Part shown: positions 17,057-17,166 of the stretch, one piece after another
Layout: each line of letters begins with the position of its first letter
Numbering within the stretch: position 1 is the stretch's first letter
DNA from: Snowella sp.
GTDB taxonomy: Bacteria > Cyanobacteriota > Cyanobacteriia > Cyanobacteriales > Microcystaceae
DNA length: 17,166 nucleotides
Assembly (NCBI GenBank): GCA_035285545.1
Contig: JAYKGY010000028.1
Span: 1 to 17,166 of the forward strand
Direction: 5' to 3'
Notes under the pieces: model-generated
Seen by the model: only the letters and a program-made list of their open reading frames with translations
Told to the model about the DNA's origin: nothing
The model's database searches: none
Made by a program: the position numbers and the translations under genes

Positions 17057-17166
17057 ATGATGAACCAATGTCCTAAATGCGAGCATCAACGCATTATCAA
17101 AAGTGGATTTGTCAAGGGGAAGCAACGATATAAGTGTAAATCCTGTAATTATCAATTTACTCAAGC
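17057..17166 (+). mobile_element. N-terminus of an IS1-family (InsA-like zinc ribbon) transposase, running off the window
   Basis: MMNQCPKCEHQRIIKSGFVKGKQRYKCKSCNYQFTQ has CPxC...G...QRYKCKxC. No terminal IR identified. Not in the ORF track. Confidence 0.75.

Overview
Cyanobacterial chromosomal DNA (about 21 HIP1 octamers GCGATCGC counted by eye; ftsZ, desC, ndhD1 and an hli gene). Core genes in order: the end of an IS5-family element, ftsZ, an RDD / membrane protein / SpoIIM trio, a decayed toxin-antitoxin patch, a lumenal pentapeptide protein, a YnbB-like PLP enzyme, desC, and after an island ndhD1, a TIGR00725 protein, hli and the start of an IS1-like transposase. The main feature is a ~5.4 kb island (about 8060-13480) between the terminators of the convergent desC and ndhD1 genes. 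It holds five co-oriented minus-strand modules: RelE-type TA, VapC-type TA, a nucleotidyltransferase gene pair, a GNAT and a DUF262/DUF1524 nuclease. Four modules are each followed by a copy of one ~94 bp repeat (one copy partial) with a GTAG-REP-like hairpin and HIP1-like ends. The GNAT and nuclease genes also show integron-cassette-like boundaries (GTT...AAC cores), but no integrase is in the window. An orphan C-terminal fragment of an FGE-sulfatase/CLec-type gene, resembling a DGR variable region, is fused to one repeat. All family calls come from recognising motifs by eye, not from database searches.
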